A stretch of 64,000 bases of DNA from Camelus ferus (taxonomy: Eukaryota): assembly GCF_009834535.1 (NCBI RefSeq), contig NC_045696.1, positions 92,258,001 through 92,322,000 of the forward strand, given 5' to 3'. The position numbers were made by a program, and so were the translations under genes. The notes beneath the pieces are model-generated. The model searched no databases, had not been told where the DNA came from, and was given only the letters and a program-made list of their open reading frames with translations. Positions 12,943 through 25,945 of this stretch are shown piece after piece. Within the stretch, counting starts at the first letter, position 1, and every line of letters begins with the position of its first letter.

Positions 12943-13197
12943 CATGCCCTGGTGATGGAGATGGATGACCAGTGGGGCTGGATTAGACCACACATGTTCA
13001 CAACTTATGTGGGGTGGGGTCAAGGGCATGGAAAGGGGAGTGGGAAGGAAGTTCGGAAGGACTGAGGCAGCCTTGGCTGGGAAAGAAGGTTGGATAAAGA
13101 ATGATTTTCAGCACAATCCATTCCACAAACATTTTGGAAATACCACGGGCAGAGGGCTGAAGATATAACCTTGAATAAATACATCTCAAAGTGGGAT

Positions 13198-13630
13198 TAT
13201 TCATTCATTACCCCTACTGTTAAGGCAGGCAGTGTTCTAGGTTCCAGGGCTATGGCAGTGAGCAAAACGGATCAAGCTCCTGACCTCATGAGGCTTACAT
13301 TCTAGCAGGATGGCCACAGCACACAAGTAAGCAAGTAACAAGTCCAACGAATGAGAGGGTCTCTGAAATCACAGACGCTGGTTCATGGCAAAGGCAAGGT
13401 GGTCCGGGGCAGCCCCTCCAAGGAGGTGACACCTGAGCGAGGACCTGAAGGATGAGAAGGAGCCAGCCCTGAAAAGATCTTGGGGAAGAGAGACCCAGAC
13501 AAAGAGATAAGCAAGGTCCTGTGGTGGGACAAGCTTGAGGAGCAGAAGGTGAGTGTGGTGGTGGTCGGTGTGTGAGGAGGGAGCAGTTCAAGATGAGATT
13601 AGGGTGAGAGACGGGAGCCAGGGCTTAAAA
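13198..13630 (-). mobile_element. LINE-2
   Basis: 'gcagtgttctaggttccagggctatggcagtgagcaaaac...ctcatgaggcttacattctag...gaggtgacacctgagcgaaggacctgaaggatgag'. Confidence 0.8.
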
Positions 13631-14194
13631 CAAGGCTGCTGACAACCAGCTGAACTCTCCACCCAGGCAGAGAAGATAGAGATGGTCCCCAGATCAGTAC
13701 AGACTGTAAACTAAGAGCTATTTTCATGAAACAGAGCTGTAAATCAGAGAGGGGTGAATCTTTGCTGGAGAAGTTTTAGAAGAGGACGGAGACTTTGTGG
13801 ATCATGGTAGGGAGGCTTCCTGCGGGGCCAGGTCACACCTCCCTAGACTGGTGAGGGTTTCGGTGTTTGGGACCTAGGGTCTCCTTGTACACAACTCTGG
13901 GGCTCGCCCCCCTTTCCCAACTGTGCAGTCCAATGGTCCTGTGTCGGGCTCCCTACCTTCCCTTTCTGTACCGCTCCCCTTTATTATATTCTCTCTTGCC
14001 CCTTCTGGTCTCAAGTATCTCTGGTCTCAGGCTCTCGCTTTTCCCTTTATCAAATTCTGCTCTCAGGAAACTCAGAGCAACTCATTCTCACTAATGTGTA
14101 AATGACTAACATAAACAAAGTGCTGCCTGGAATAGGGAAGAGGAGGTTAGCACCCTCTGATTCTCAGAAATTAGGAAGAAGTGCTCTTTGCACG

Positions 14195-14460
14195 TGCATC
14201 TGTTTGGAATGCTTTTCTCACGCATTCTCACTCAAGACCTGGCTCCAAGGTCCCCTTCCCAAGGAGGCTTCCTGAGGAAGAGCTATTACTTCTTCCACTG
14301 AGCTTGCATCTCAGCTCTGCTCCTCCTGTGTTACTCTGTGCATCGTCTGGTTGATCTGTCCCCCCTCAAGCTTGTGGACTTTTGAGGACAGACTCCATGT
14401 CTCATTCACCTGTTCCTCGGGGTCTGGCATGAGGCCAGGCTCGTGTTAACCATCTGACCA
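14195..14460 (+). mobile_element. LINE-2 3' fragment
   Basis: 'tttggaatgcttttc...caagacctggctccaagg...ttgaggacagactccatgtc...tctggcatgaggccagg'. Confidence 0.55.
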
Positions 14461-14824
14461 AGGAGCTGGGAGGGGTCATAAGAGCTGTGTTTACTTGGAT
14501 CACAGTAGGCTGTAGTCTTCATGGGGCTGAGTTTAATGGCTGCTTATTAGAAAAACTTCCTATCTTGACAATCCTACTTTGATTTCTCCAGTAGTATAAA
14601 TATTGCTGCCCAAATTCCTACCAATTTAAGATGCCTTTGTTGACAAATTTCTTCGTTTAAAATGCAAACATTCCTAATGGGGTTGAGTCCATTCATTTAC
14701 ACAACAAACATTTATTGTGTCTCTGCTCTGTACTACATATTGCCCTAACACCTACAGCAAAATATGAGGGAGTTTACAAGGGACTGCTTTTCTTCCACAT
14801 AATGAATCAAGAGTCCCAAGTCCA

Positions 14825-15280
14825 GGCCTTATAATTCTTCTTTTAATAATCTATCTAACAGAAAAAGTCAGAGATCTGCAACTGGGTTTATGTACAAAAA
14901 TATGGGTTGTAGTCGTTATTTATAATGATCAAAGGAATAAAACTATCCAATAATAGGAGGAGAATCAAATTAAGTTTTATTGATATGATGGATTGTATGT
15001 AACTACTTAAAACTACATTAAAAAGAATGTTTTATTAACACAAAAAATGCTTGCATTAGGGATTTTAAATGAAAAAAGCAGGATATAAAATCTGTTTCAG
15101 TATGATCTTTTAAAATAGAAGAAATCCTGTGAGAAAATTCATGAAAAAGGTAAATAGTGATGGTTCTTCTAAGTGATAAGATAATGGTTGACTTTTAGTT
15201 TCTGTATATTTAATAAACTTTTTGTACTAAGCATATATTGCTTTTATGATGGAAAGAAAGGAAATTTACTGTATTGAAAA
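14825..15280 (+). mobile_element. Very old LINE-1 (L1ME-like) 3' fragment
   Basis: A-rich degenerate L1 3' text: 'tatgtacaaaaatatg...ttatttataatg...tatccaataatagg...ttaaatgaaaaaagcaggatataaaa'. Confidence 0.6.
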
Positions 15281-15420
15281 ACCAGAACCACTTGCCCCTA
15301 GCTGCTAAGATCAGCTGCAGAAAGGGGATGGGATGGGAGGGGATGGGGATATCCGTGTAGGGAAGAGGAGCCTGCACCTGTTGAAGGTCAGGCAAAGAGG
15401 GCCGGGCTGGTGGGCTGGGG

Positions 15421-15439
15421 TGCTGCCCCCTGCAGGCGG
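15421..15439 (-). promoter_or_regulatory. CTCF-like motif
   Basis: Minus strand reads CCGCCTGCAGGGGGCAGCA, a close match to the CTCF core. Confidence 0.5.
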
Positions 15440-15916
15440 AAGAGCAAGCACCAGGAGACACGCTCTGAGGTAGGGGCATCTTGCCTAGGTTAAGCCTAGA
15501 TTGGAACCGTGCCTTCTCCAGGTTTGGACAAGTAGGACCAAGGCTCTGAGCATGAACCACCTTTCTGGGTTTGTTTCCCCTGAGGTAGAGTGAGCTTGTT
15601 ACCTCAGCAGGGATCACTTTTGGCATTTTTGTAGCTTGAGACTCAATTGTTAGTGTAGTTTATCACCATCTAGAAATGTTAATTAACCGCCACCGGGAGC
15701 TGAACCTTGAGGCCTGATGAAGGTCACCGAGGGCTGCAAACCTCAGCCCTGACCCTGAGACCTGTTTCCTTTCAGAGTTCCAGTATACACAAAGATTTTA
15801 CTGGGAGATCTTTTGCTGCATCGCTATGCATTGGTATTTAGGAAGAATAATCAAAACATAAAGCAAAGAATGCTAAGTCTGGAAGTGAGATACATGAATT
15901 TTAGTCCTGCTTAACT

Positions 15917-16052
15917 AGATACCACATATGTTGGCTAACCCAGGCAAGGCTCTGATTATACCTGTTGCTTGGTGCACAATTATTCTTGAGACCACCCCTC
16001 CTTTTACTTTCCAAAGGGTCCTACATTAGATGATAAACTATGTGATCACCCT
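15917..16052. mobile_element. hAT-Blackjack MITE (MER94/MER81-like), within MIR-like sequence
   Basis: 'ttatacctgttg...aattatt...ccttttactttccaaagggtcc...gatgataaactatgtgatcaccct' with the characteristic (G)TCACCCT terminus. Confidence 0.65.
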
Positions 16053-18429
16053 CATCTAATCCGGTTGTTAACTACGTGACCTCGAGCCTCAGACTGGAAG
16101 GAAAATAGAGCCTCCTTCTAGCAGAGAGGGGTAAAGAAGAAAAGAAACAAGTCTGAAGGGGGTATCTAGGCTCACCCCTGCCTCACCCACCCACTATGGT
16201 CAAGGCTCTCCAGCGTAAGAAGGGATGAGAAATAACCAGAGAGGTCTGTGGGAATCTCAGGTTGAGTACCTGTGCCCTGGGCCCCAGGGCACCCAGGGGG
16301 ATTCTGCACCTTAGCAGGAAGATCCACACTGACTGTGTGTGGCCAGCAGAGCAGGACAGCATGATGGCCTGGAAGTTTCCTAAGCTTCCTCCGACTCACT
16401 GACACCATGTGGGGAAGAAGGAAGGAGGGAAGAGAGATTCCTGATGGAGAGTTTGACCCTTGAAATCAGAAGAGACAGAATCACCTTTGAATGGGATTAT
16501 TTTTAATGCCCGCTTATCTGCCATCAGCAAGAATGGAGACTTTAAAGAACAATAAGCTCAGTTACAAGAATCAAAGGAATGTCCTGTTCCCCCCACCTCC
16601 AACATGTAAGTAGTAGGGATGATCATCATCCCACCTACACTTACATCCTCAGAGGTCAGCTCAGGGCCAGGGCAGGGTAGACCCTCAACAAGTGTTTATT
16701 GAATGGAGATTCCAACTTCAAATCACACAAAAGAATACAATAAAGCCCTGGACTATTCAAGTATAATCCTGCAGAAATATTAAAACACTTCCGGAAATAA
16801 TATTCATAGCTATAGTTACCGTAACAGGCAAGGGAAAAACCAGCCAAGGAATTCAGAGAATCATCTTTGTCAACTACGCAGCCTTAGCGCTATGTCTCCC
16901 CGTGGTATCATATTACAAGCTGATCTCAAACATTACAAGGATCTAACCTTCCTTTATGGCACTTTACATAGGCTGCCGCCAGAGGCAAGCTAATAGATTA
17001 TAGTCCCTACTGATCTTACTCAGATAAGGAAATCCCAGTGTCCCAGTCTTTACCAGCTGAAAGAAACACATTTTGAATAATTACATCTCATTGCCTCCTC
17101 TGTTCTGCAAAAGGAGAAAAAATATACTCTAGATTTACCATTAAAATAGCAGGTGTTGGAGGAATGTGGATTAAATGATTGAGAACCTATTTCTTTAACT
17201 CTGGGCAGTTTGATGATAATTACATTACAATTCCCCAAAATAAATATTTTCAATGAAAATTCTGGTAGGCCAGAAGGGAAGGTTTACAAAGAGAGCTTGT
17301 GTGAAGTTTGGAAACAGACCTATTTTTTTCTCCTAGTGAGCAAATAAATATATCCCTTAGATTAAGTGGTAAATATATTACTTCTATAGTTAGAGATATT
17401 AGATTTTGGTAGTACTTAATATTGGTCTCAAGGGATTACGAAACACCGTGATTATTGCATTTCTTAACAGGTTCCCACCCACAGCACTTTTTCTTTTCTT
17501 TCTTGAACTCAAACTGCAATTTGCTTTTCCAAACACTTTTCTAACTAGTGTAAAAATAAAGTTGAAAATCTTTGGGGAGACTCTGCCCTTTTCTCTTAAT
17601 AGCGCCCTGCCAAGCAGTCATTCTTTTACAAATGTAGAGAGAAACATGTTCTGGAATGAGCTTGAAATTTAATTTGGCTCACTTTGGAGAGAGTACTTTG
17701 GAAAACTGGCCGTATGCCTTTGTTGCTGTTCTGCAAAACGTGAAGATTCCACTGGGTGGCTGGGGCCTTGGTGTGCTCAATCGTTAGCTGAAGTGGGTTC
17801 TAATTGTTAGACAGAGAGAATGGAAATCTGGACATAGAGTGTCCTGTTGGCTTTTCTGTGGAGTAAATGAATGAACTTGGACATCAACAGGTCCAAATAG
17901 CCTCATTTCATCACCAGGATGCATCCACTAGCCAGCACCATTAACTTGGAATTCACTGCCTCCCTATAAAATTAGAAGAAAAAAAAGCAATCAAGGCCCA
18001 ATTCAGTGACTCATTAAGTACATTTTTAATGTTGAGGGCCAGTGCAGTCAGAGGACACGAGCTGCAGAGCTGCTGGTGCAATCCAGCTTGCAGCTGGTTC
18101 ACCCAGGATCCCTGTGGTTTGCACATACTCACACGCATAAAGCAGAACTAACATCTAAAAGAGTGGCCCATATCTGTGGGAGGAAGAAGAATTAGCACTG
18201 AAGGATACTTTCTGAATAATGTTGCTGTTTATATTCTATTTCAGCTTGAGGTTTTACAGAAAGCCCTATAATCTGATTCAAAATGTTTATAGAGAAGTGA
18301 CAGCTGAGGTTGAGGTTCTCTGTGTCCAGACCTGGGGATTGGGACATCTACAAACGAGGCTTATATAAACCCATCAGCATGGAGATTTCCTTATTGGGGA
18401 ACCTTCGAGATCACTATGTTCCTTCTGTA

Positions 18430-19060
18430 TAGTCACTCGTGGAAGATTTACTGAGTAGCCCTTGGGTGTCGCTGCACCAGGATCTGGGGGTAGAGAGGCA
18501 AAGAGGATGCTAAGCAGACAAGAGTCAGTGCACGACAGCGGTGAGAACACAGCAGAGCTAGCTGGGAGGTGGGATGGGAGCAGAGAAGTGGGTGAGAACC
18601 TCTGCTTGGTGGTGTTTGGATGAGGCTTCAGGAAGGCTCTGAGCTAAGACCTGAGGAGAGTGGAGGCATTCACCAGGTGAAGAGGTGGGGGAAGGTGTCC
18701 CAAGCAGAGGAACCAGTTTGAGAAGAGAGATGCACCTTAACAAGATGGTATGGTTGATGGGTGAACAGTGGGTCAAAGTGGGGATCTTGAAACAGGGCTA
18801 GAAAGGTTGATCAAAACTAGAGTGAAAAGGGCTAGGATGCCATGTTTAATTAATCTGTAATGTAAACTGTGGGTGATGTAGAGCTATCAGAGCATTTAAG
18901 CAAGGATAAAATATCATACAATTTGCATTGCAGAAAGATGCTGACAGCCGTATGGAGGATGGATCGGAGGAGGCAGTGATTAGCGGGAGGGAGATCATTA
19001 GGAGGTGATGTCAGTAGTCTGCAGAAGAAAACCTCAGCATCTCAACAAGAGCAGCTGCCT
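18430..19060 (-). mobile_element. LINE-2
   Basis: 'gatttactgagtagcc...gagctaagacctgaggagag...gtcccaagcagaggaaccag...tttgcattgcagaaagatgctgacagc'. Confidence 0.7.
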
Positions 19061-21294
19061 GTGATTGACGAGAGGTCGGTGAGGGACCTGAGGCACAGCA
19101 GCTGTCATCTTTGCAGACTGCAGAGTTTTTCAGGCTCTAAAAGCATTGCTTGTGTGCTTGGTGACTGAAGGGAGACCAACCCAGGAAACATCCTCAGGAA
19201 ATGTAAACATTCCTTTTGCAATAACCTTGAACTTTTGCAATCTTTTCTCCTCCTGTCACTGACAGATAACTTCTTTCCCTCCCTAGGAAGCATGGACAGC
19301 AAAATGAAAAGCTCATATTTAGTAATCCCATGAAGAATTAATCACGGATTTGTCTTGACTTTCAAGTGCTTAGTACTGTGGCCACCACGGAGGGGCCCCT
19401 CTTCAGATGTGGGTGTGTTAAGGAGGGCGGCGCTGCCTCTGTGGGGGGCAGAGAATAGCAACAATGCTGGGAACCGAGCTGGAGGATGAAAGCCCAAAGC
19501 CAGAGGGAAGAGCTCCGGCTGAGAAGGTGAGGCAGTAACGAGTGAAGTGGGTGACTGCAGGATGCTGTACAATCGAATGGTTTTTATTTTTCTGCTTTTC
19601 ATGATGGAAAACTTTCCCAGTGATGAGACCTGCCTCCCGCTTACATTTCACTTTGTGGTCTGCCCTTTCAATTTGGGTGTCTCTTTTGGGCAGTCATGGT
19701 CTCATAGGCTGTGTTGGCAGGACTTGGGTAGGATACAAACATCTTTCTCAAGATGACCTTGCCACATCCTGTCAATACCAGCTGTTTGCTGTGTAATTTA
19801 GTTTCTCCAGTCCCTATCTACTTTGTCTTCCCATGAAGACCGAAAACTCCCTGAAAAGGACAACCCCGTCTCGGCATTCCCAGCCTATCAGAGGTTCTCA
19901 GCACACGTTTGGTGAGAGAGCTATTGTGTGGGCTCTCTAAAAATCCACAAGATGGCCCAGGTTCTACTGTCACACATACCCCAGCTATGCCCACCACCTC
20001 TTTACTCCACCTCCATCTGCACCCTGTGATGAAAAGCTGGATTGTTTATGCAAAGAACTTTCTCCATGATTTTCACGGTGGCTATTCCATAAGGCACACT
20101 TAACGTGACCGGGTAACCAGGCAGACCGTGGGATCCTTGCGAAACACAGCCTCCAGAGGCTTCTTGTATTTATTGGCAAGAGGGGACAATACAGGTTGCT
20201 GGTGCACCTTTTACATCCAGGAAAATAATCACGAAAAGCATGAGTGTAAGTTAGGTAAGAAATGAGTCACACAGATGTCCCCCCAGATACCTGCAGAGTC
20301 AGTGTGTCTGGAGGAGGGAGGCAGTGGAGAGAGAGAGCAGGGTGGGCAGGAAACCCATGGGAAGAAGCAAGCTCCCTGGAATAGATGTCTGGGTCGTGGG
20401 CGGCCAGGGTGACTGCTCGGTCCTAAAACAAAGCAGCGCCTCCCTCAGTGCTGGGGTCAGGATGCCTGTGCCCTACAAGACAGCTCACTGTCGGGTGGGA
20501 AGAAAATGTAGATGCTCTCACATTTGCCTCTTTAATTCCTTCTTTTCAAAATGTCTACTTTAAAATACATTTTATAATTGCTATAATATTGGTATCATAG
20601 TATATGCACATATTTTAAAAATAAATATTTGTTTATTGGCATTGTCTGGTTTTCCCTCTTAAGGCACACAGTGAAAGCAGAGTGGAGATGTCTGCTACGG
20701 TACAAACAAGCCATCCACCAAGGCTCCTATTTTCAAAGAGCTTACATTCTAGCTCGGGTGTTAAAAATACATATATACGTAACGTACATTCAGGAGCTGT
20801 TGTGTCCCCAGATGCATACGCACAAAGAGCATGGTCATGGTTCTCGAAGATCAGGACAGATCAGTAACAAAAAGAATGAGCAGAATGGAGAAGAAGAACA
20901 AAGAGAGTCCATTTTGCCAGTAATAGGATGGGTCCCCGGGGGGCTGACATTATTCTTGTGTGAATGGGATTCCTAATACACCAAAGGAGAGGAGTTTTTA
21001 ATGCCTTATGAAAGGAAATAGGAAGGAAACACAGATATCTTCACATTGGCTGTCGGGAGCCGTGCCATCACGGTTCCCCAGGAGGCAGCACGCGTCACTA
21101 TAAAGCTGGAGAGAAAGGCGTGGACAATTCTGAGAACTCCATTTCTTCACAAAGGCAGCTTGACTTCCCCTGTGACCTGTTCTAGAGATCTTTCTTCAAG
21201 TTAGTGGAAACTAAACATGCCAGTTCAGAAGTTTGCAAAGGGATTCAAATCTGCACAGTAGCTCCCCCGTAGTCAGAGGAATGTTCTCTCTACG

Positions 21295-21500
21295 GAGAAC
21301 CTGTGCCAAGCTCTTGACGTGACCACACTTGTGCCTTGTAAATGACACCTGGGAGTCACAGCGCTGTCAGCTTTCAGAGGAGAACACTGAGCCACAGAGC
21401 GCTGCAGTGACTGGCACAAGGTCTCTCAGCTAGCAAGTGCTAACGTGAGAACTCCACCCAGCCCTGCCTGACTCTGCCGGGTCCCACAGCTCTCGAACGC
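21295..21500 (-). mobile_element. MIR
   Basis: 'ttcagaggagaacactgagccacagag...gtgactggcacaaggtctctcagctagcaagtg'. Confidence 0.6.
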
Positions 21501-22945
21501 TCTGTAAAAGGGTGCTTAGCTCCTGACGACTCAGTGTGCTTTCTGGTAGCCAGAGTGTGTTACTTCTCTTGCCTCGAGACACAGTGGTGACTCCTCGGCC
21601 CAATATTGTTATGTGTACACATCAGTATCTGGTAAATAGCACCAGATCAGCTGCCAGCAGTCATCCCAAATGTTTTATAATTCTGCCATATGTGTTTGAT
21701 TGTGGCATTACATCGTCTGTCCTAATTAAGATGAAGGGAATCTCAATGGAAATAACCAGTTCCATGAATGCCAGAGCCACTCACACAGAATCCCTGTGAA
21801 CAGCGGGCTTCCCAGCCCCAGGGCTGCTTGTGTAAACTTCCTGAGTGATTATACGTCTGCTGCCCACTCCCGTTTTTAGAATAATTGCCACTGAAAGTAT
21901 TGAAAAAATAAATATCTCTGTCAAAAATATACAGACAGGTAAGGCTTACCCAGAATGCTCAGGGTGGTAGGAATCATACATTTTATTAAATTGCGTATTT
22001 GTCTGAAAGCTTTCGACTCCTCCCTGGTGTTCTTTTGGTCCTACAATTGGTAGGAGGGCTTGGTGTCACAGGAGGCGGAGAGGAATAAGTGGAAATATTG
22101 TACATTCTATCTGGTTGTTCGGTTCTGATGTGTTATGACTGAGCACTTTGGTAAATGAGGCCACATCTAAGCAAAACTTGGTGAGGAATGTTTGCCTCCT
22201 CTTGGTGGAAAACATGCATTTTTAAGCACAGGAGAATGAAGGTAGCTTCCTTGTTCAATAATTATATTTTGAATTTTAATTTTTTAGTTTTATGGGCTTT
22301 TCTTTTACAAAATTAAGCAAAAGAAAGTTTCTGACTCCTTAGAATTGCATAGTCCACTTGTTGAAATACGTCCGTCTGAGTTCGCTCTACCTGCCTGCAA
22401 ACAGCAAGATTAGGGCTGGCTATGCCTGAACTGCCGTCAGGGGCCAATACACACATTAGAATGATTTGAGCTGACTTCAGAGAAGAAAACAAACAAGCCC
22501 TGTCCAAATGGGGATGTTCTTCAGCCTTTCAAAGTCATCCAAAACAAGGTTTACAGAGCCAGACTGTTCCACCAGAACCTCCTGGGGGCACTGTACTGTT
22601 TAACTTTTTCATTGCTAGTCCCTGGCACGTTGTCCCTAACCTTCGGAGTCATAATAGTTTGGCTCGGTTGTGACTGTCCTTTAAAAGTACCAAACCTGGG
22701 CAGGGCTGAGGGGGTGTTTCCCACACTGGTTATAAGATATGAAGGAGGAAGGAGGGAGGCTGCTTTTCCTGAGCAGCTGAGGCTCATTACAGTCCTGAGT
22801 CTGTCCCTTACTACCTTCTCTCTGTGCAGACATCTGTGCACCCCACTGGTCGGTTACATATTCAAACCCGGAAAGAGAGAGCTTCCTCAGATGAAACATT
22901 CTCCTTGGGAATGTTTACCTTAAATCCACAATCTATTGTTTCCTT

Positions 22946-23163
<218 letters not shown>

Positions 23164-24769
23164 TTCAACCCCACCTTCCTTTTGAAAACAGTCAGTTGGA
23201 AACAAAGATGGCCTTCACAAATCAAAACACACAGTGTGGAGGCTGCAAGTTACAACATGGCTGGAAATTGACTGAGTGAGTACACAGGCATTTGTCTTGA
23301 TAAGTGAAAATGGGACCGTGCATGGTGAGCATTTGTATCTGGAAGGAATGGCCACAACACTCAAGATAAGGAGCACAAGTCCATCACTTCCCTATTTTGA
23401 AGAAAGAAGCCTGCGGAAACTAATGTAGAGAAGTTCTGCTTTGTATCTGAATGGAATATGAAACAGAATGGCGAGCTACTAACAAGAGCTTGCATGTAAA
23501 ACAGCTCACCAATCGGGGTCTTTGGTTATTTAAGAATACATCCATGTTTGCAGTGAGCAACGTTCAAAAACACTGAACGACTGACATATAATTATTATGT
23601 TCACTTATATCCTGAGCCATTTCCAAATTTCATTGAATGGAAGGAGTTGGGAACTCCTATTGCATTCTTTCTTGCACTTGAAGAGAACAGAATAAAGCTG
23701 GTAAACAAAAATACACAAAAACTGGAAATTGGTCCTTACAAAAAAGAGTGCAGAAACTGCGCTTGGGGTGCTGTGTTTAGGGGGACATGGTGGCTGAACA
23801 GCTTGACGGTATCTACCTGAAGCAAACATGTCCAATTCTTCTAAATGATTTGGCCTCGAACACCCTTTTCTTTCTTTCCCGCCCCACAGGGCTTGTCCTC
23901 ACGGTGTTCAGCAGAGGTAAGAAGTGGGCCGACGACTGTGGAGGCAGCCCACTCCCTCGCACAAGTCAGCTGAGGAGGAGGTGTGTCTGCCCAGAAGCAG
24001 CATCGTGTGATCTCCCCAAGGGCCAAAACACATCCAGAGCCTTTTGTTCCTGACTTAGCCCAACTTCCCCCGCCACTTCTGGTCCCTGCCTTTGGAAACA
24101 GACTCTACTCCTGTGGGCTCATTTTTAGAACCTGGCAGAATCAACATTTGTCTTATTCTGGCTCCCTCACTACGGCTGAGCCCTGCTCTAGACAGTCTAG
24201 GGAGACGCGGTGAGGCTAATAAAGACAGAGTATTTATTTCCAGGTTTTCTTCCCCAAGCATCAGCTAAATCCTGCCTCTGTGAAGGAGTCACTGTGTATC
24301 CACACAGCGCTGTCTTACTTGAACCCACTAGACTCAAGATTCTCATTTAAAGTGGTCAGGGAGGTACCGCTCATGCCTCATGGATGTCTAATTGACTCCA
24401 GAGGGTAACTGACTTTGGAGAGAAGATATGGCAGGATGGAGACTGGCCTCAAACTCGAGGCATCTGATTCCTGGGCTGGTGTTCTCTCGCCTCAAACTAC
24501 CATGCTGCTCATAGCCAGTGAAGAAAAGGTATAAAGACAAGAAAAATCCTTTCTCTTTAGCAACTCCTTCCTGGCATTGCTGTGGTAACAATTTTCAGCT
24601 TGGCAATTGAACACACATTCTAATTTGTGGAGATGAATAGATTAATCATATATTCGTTAACTAGATTGAGCTATTTCCTTTTGAACATCCTGCCTTCAGC
24701 CCTCCCCAGAATGAGGGAATGGAGGAAGAAATCAGACCTCCCCACTTATTCTGTCATTTGCTGGATATT

Positions 24770-25130
24770 ATTTAATTCATGAGCATTTACTGAGAAGGGA
24801 GTATGTGTCCTCTGTTGTACCACGTGAGGCAGGTAAGCTTGATCCCAGCATTGAAAAACTTGCCCTATCGGGGTTGACAGACATGGGCAGTGACTTGGAA
24901 TAATAATTACAGAAAAGCAAAGTGGGTTGGAGTGAAATGCTCAGGTGTGCGGTGCGGTTTTTGGGACCCTGAGGAAGGTGGTGGAGGCTGGATTTGTAAG
25001 AGGAGGGTCCACAGAAGAGGCAGTAAGATGGGATTTGAGCAGCCTTGGGCGGGGGGGCAGGGGTGAGGGACATGGGGAAGAGAGAGAGAGGGCAACCCCA
25101 GAGGCAGGAAGAGGCAGCAAGCGTGCGGAA
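24770..25130 (-). mobile_element. LINE-2
   Basis: 'ttaattcatgagcatttactgag...gaggcagtaagatgggatttgagcagccttg'. Confidence 0.55.
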
Positions 25131-25439
25131 GCGGAGAGGAACAGGTAGGGTTGCTATGAGAAATAGGATGCGCCCAGGGAACAAACACACCAGAAAGACC
25201 ATAAAGCGACATCTTATTAAAAATAAGGTCAAGTTGTTTGTCTAGATGAGCTACGCCAAGGCTAGCTCAGGCTGGTCACACTGGGGGAAAGACACCATAA
25301 AGCTGCCTACAGGACGTTATATGCAACAGAAGCTTACCATCATTTTGCCATCATCCTAGCTTCAGAGTAAAGCAACGGCATGGTTCTAAACAGGCTAACT
25401 AGAAAATAGGTAATAAAAAACCTTGCTGTCTTCAAGACC

Positions 25440-25630
25440 TGCGAAATCCAGTATGAGAGCCACCAGCCACCACTTGAAACGTGGCTACTCCAAAGTGATA
25501 AAATACGTATCAAATTTCAAAGACCTCATATAAAAAGGTGTATATGGTATTTCCTTAATAATTTGTATATCATTTACATGTTGAAATAATACTTTTGATA
25601 TACTGAATCAAATAAAATATTTAATACTCA
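25440..25630. mobile_element. hAT-Charlie MER33-like fragment
   Basis: 'agccaccagccaccacttgaaacgtggctactccaaa...aaatttcaaagac...ttacatgttgaaataatacttttgatata'. Confidence 0.7.
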
Positions 25631-25759
25631 TTTATAAATATTGTTTAACAATAGAGAAGAGGAGAAATTGTCACTCCAGGGAGAGGGGCAAAGAGTGCAA
25701 AGAGGAAACAGGGACAAGTTGAAAGGCTACCAGGCACACGGTAAAGAGGATATTGTGTG

Positions 25760-25945
25760 AGGATATTGGCTCCGACACCACATTCCCTTGGTCACATTAT
25801 TAACCTTCTAAGTCTCACTTCCCACTTCTGTAAAATAGGGATAATGATTGTTTCAACCTCATTGGACAGCTTAATTGAGATGTCACCTACAAAGGGCATA
25901 AAACAATATTTAGTACATAACAAGCACTCATTAAGCATTACAGTA
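25760..25945 (+). mobile_element. MIR
   Basis: 'ttaaccttctaagtctcacttcccacttctgtaaaatagggataat...tagtacataacaagcactcattaa'. Confidence 0.75.

Noticed and set aside
16180..16590. Possible ancient LTR (Gypsy/LTR78-like)
   Set aside because: No clear termini or TSD, and it cannot be assigned without a profile search.
20629..20976. 115-aa ORF with a charged segment
   Set aside because: Non-ATG start, no convincing donor site and no recognised homology.
23784..23795. Perfect Kozak GCCACCATG on the - strand
   Set aside because: Followed by a stop after three codons (ATG TCC CCC TAA).
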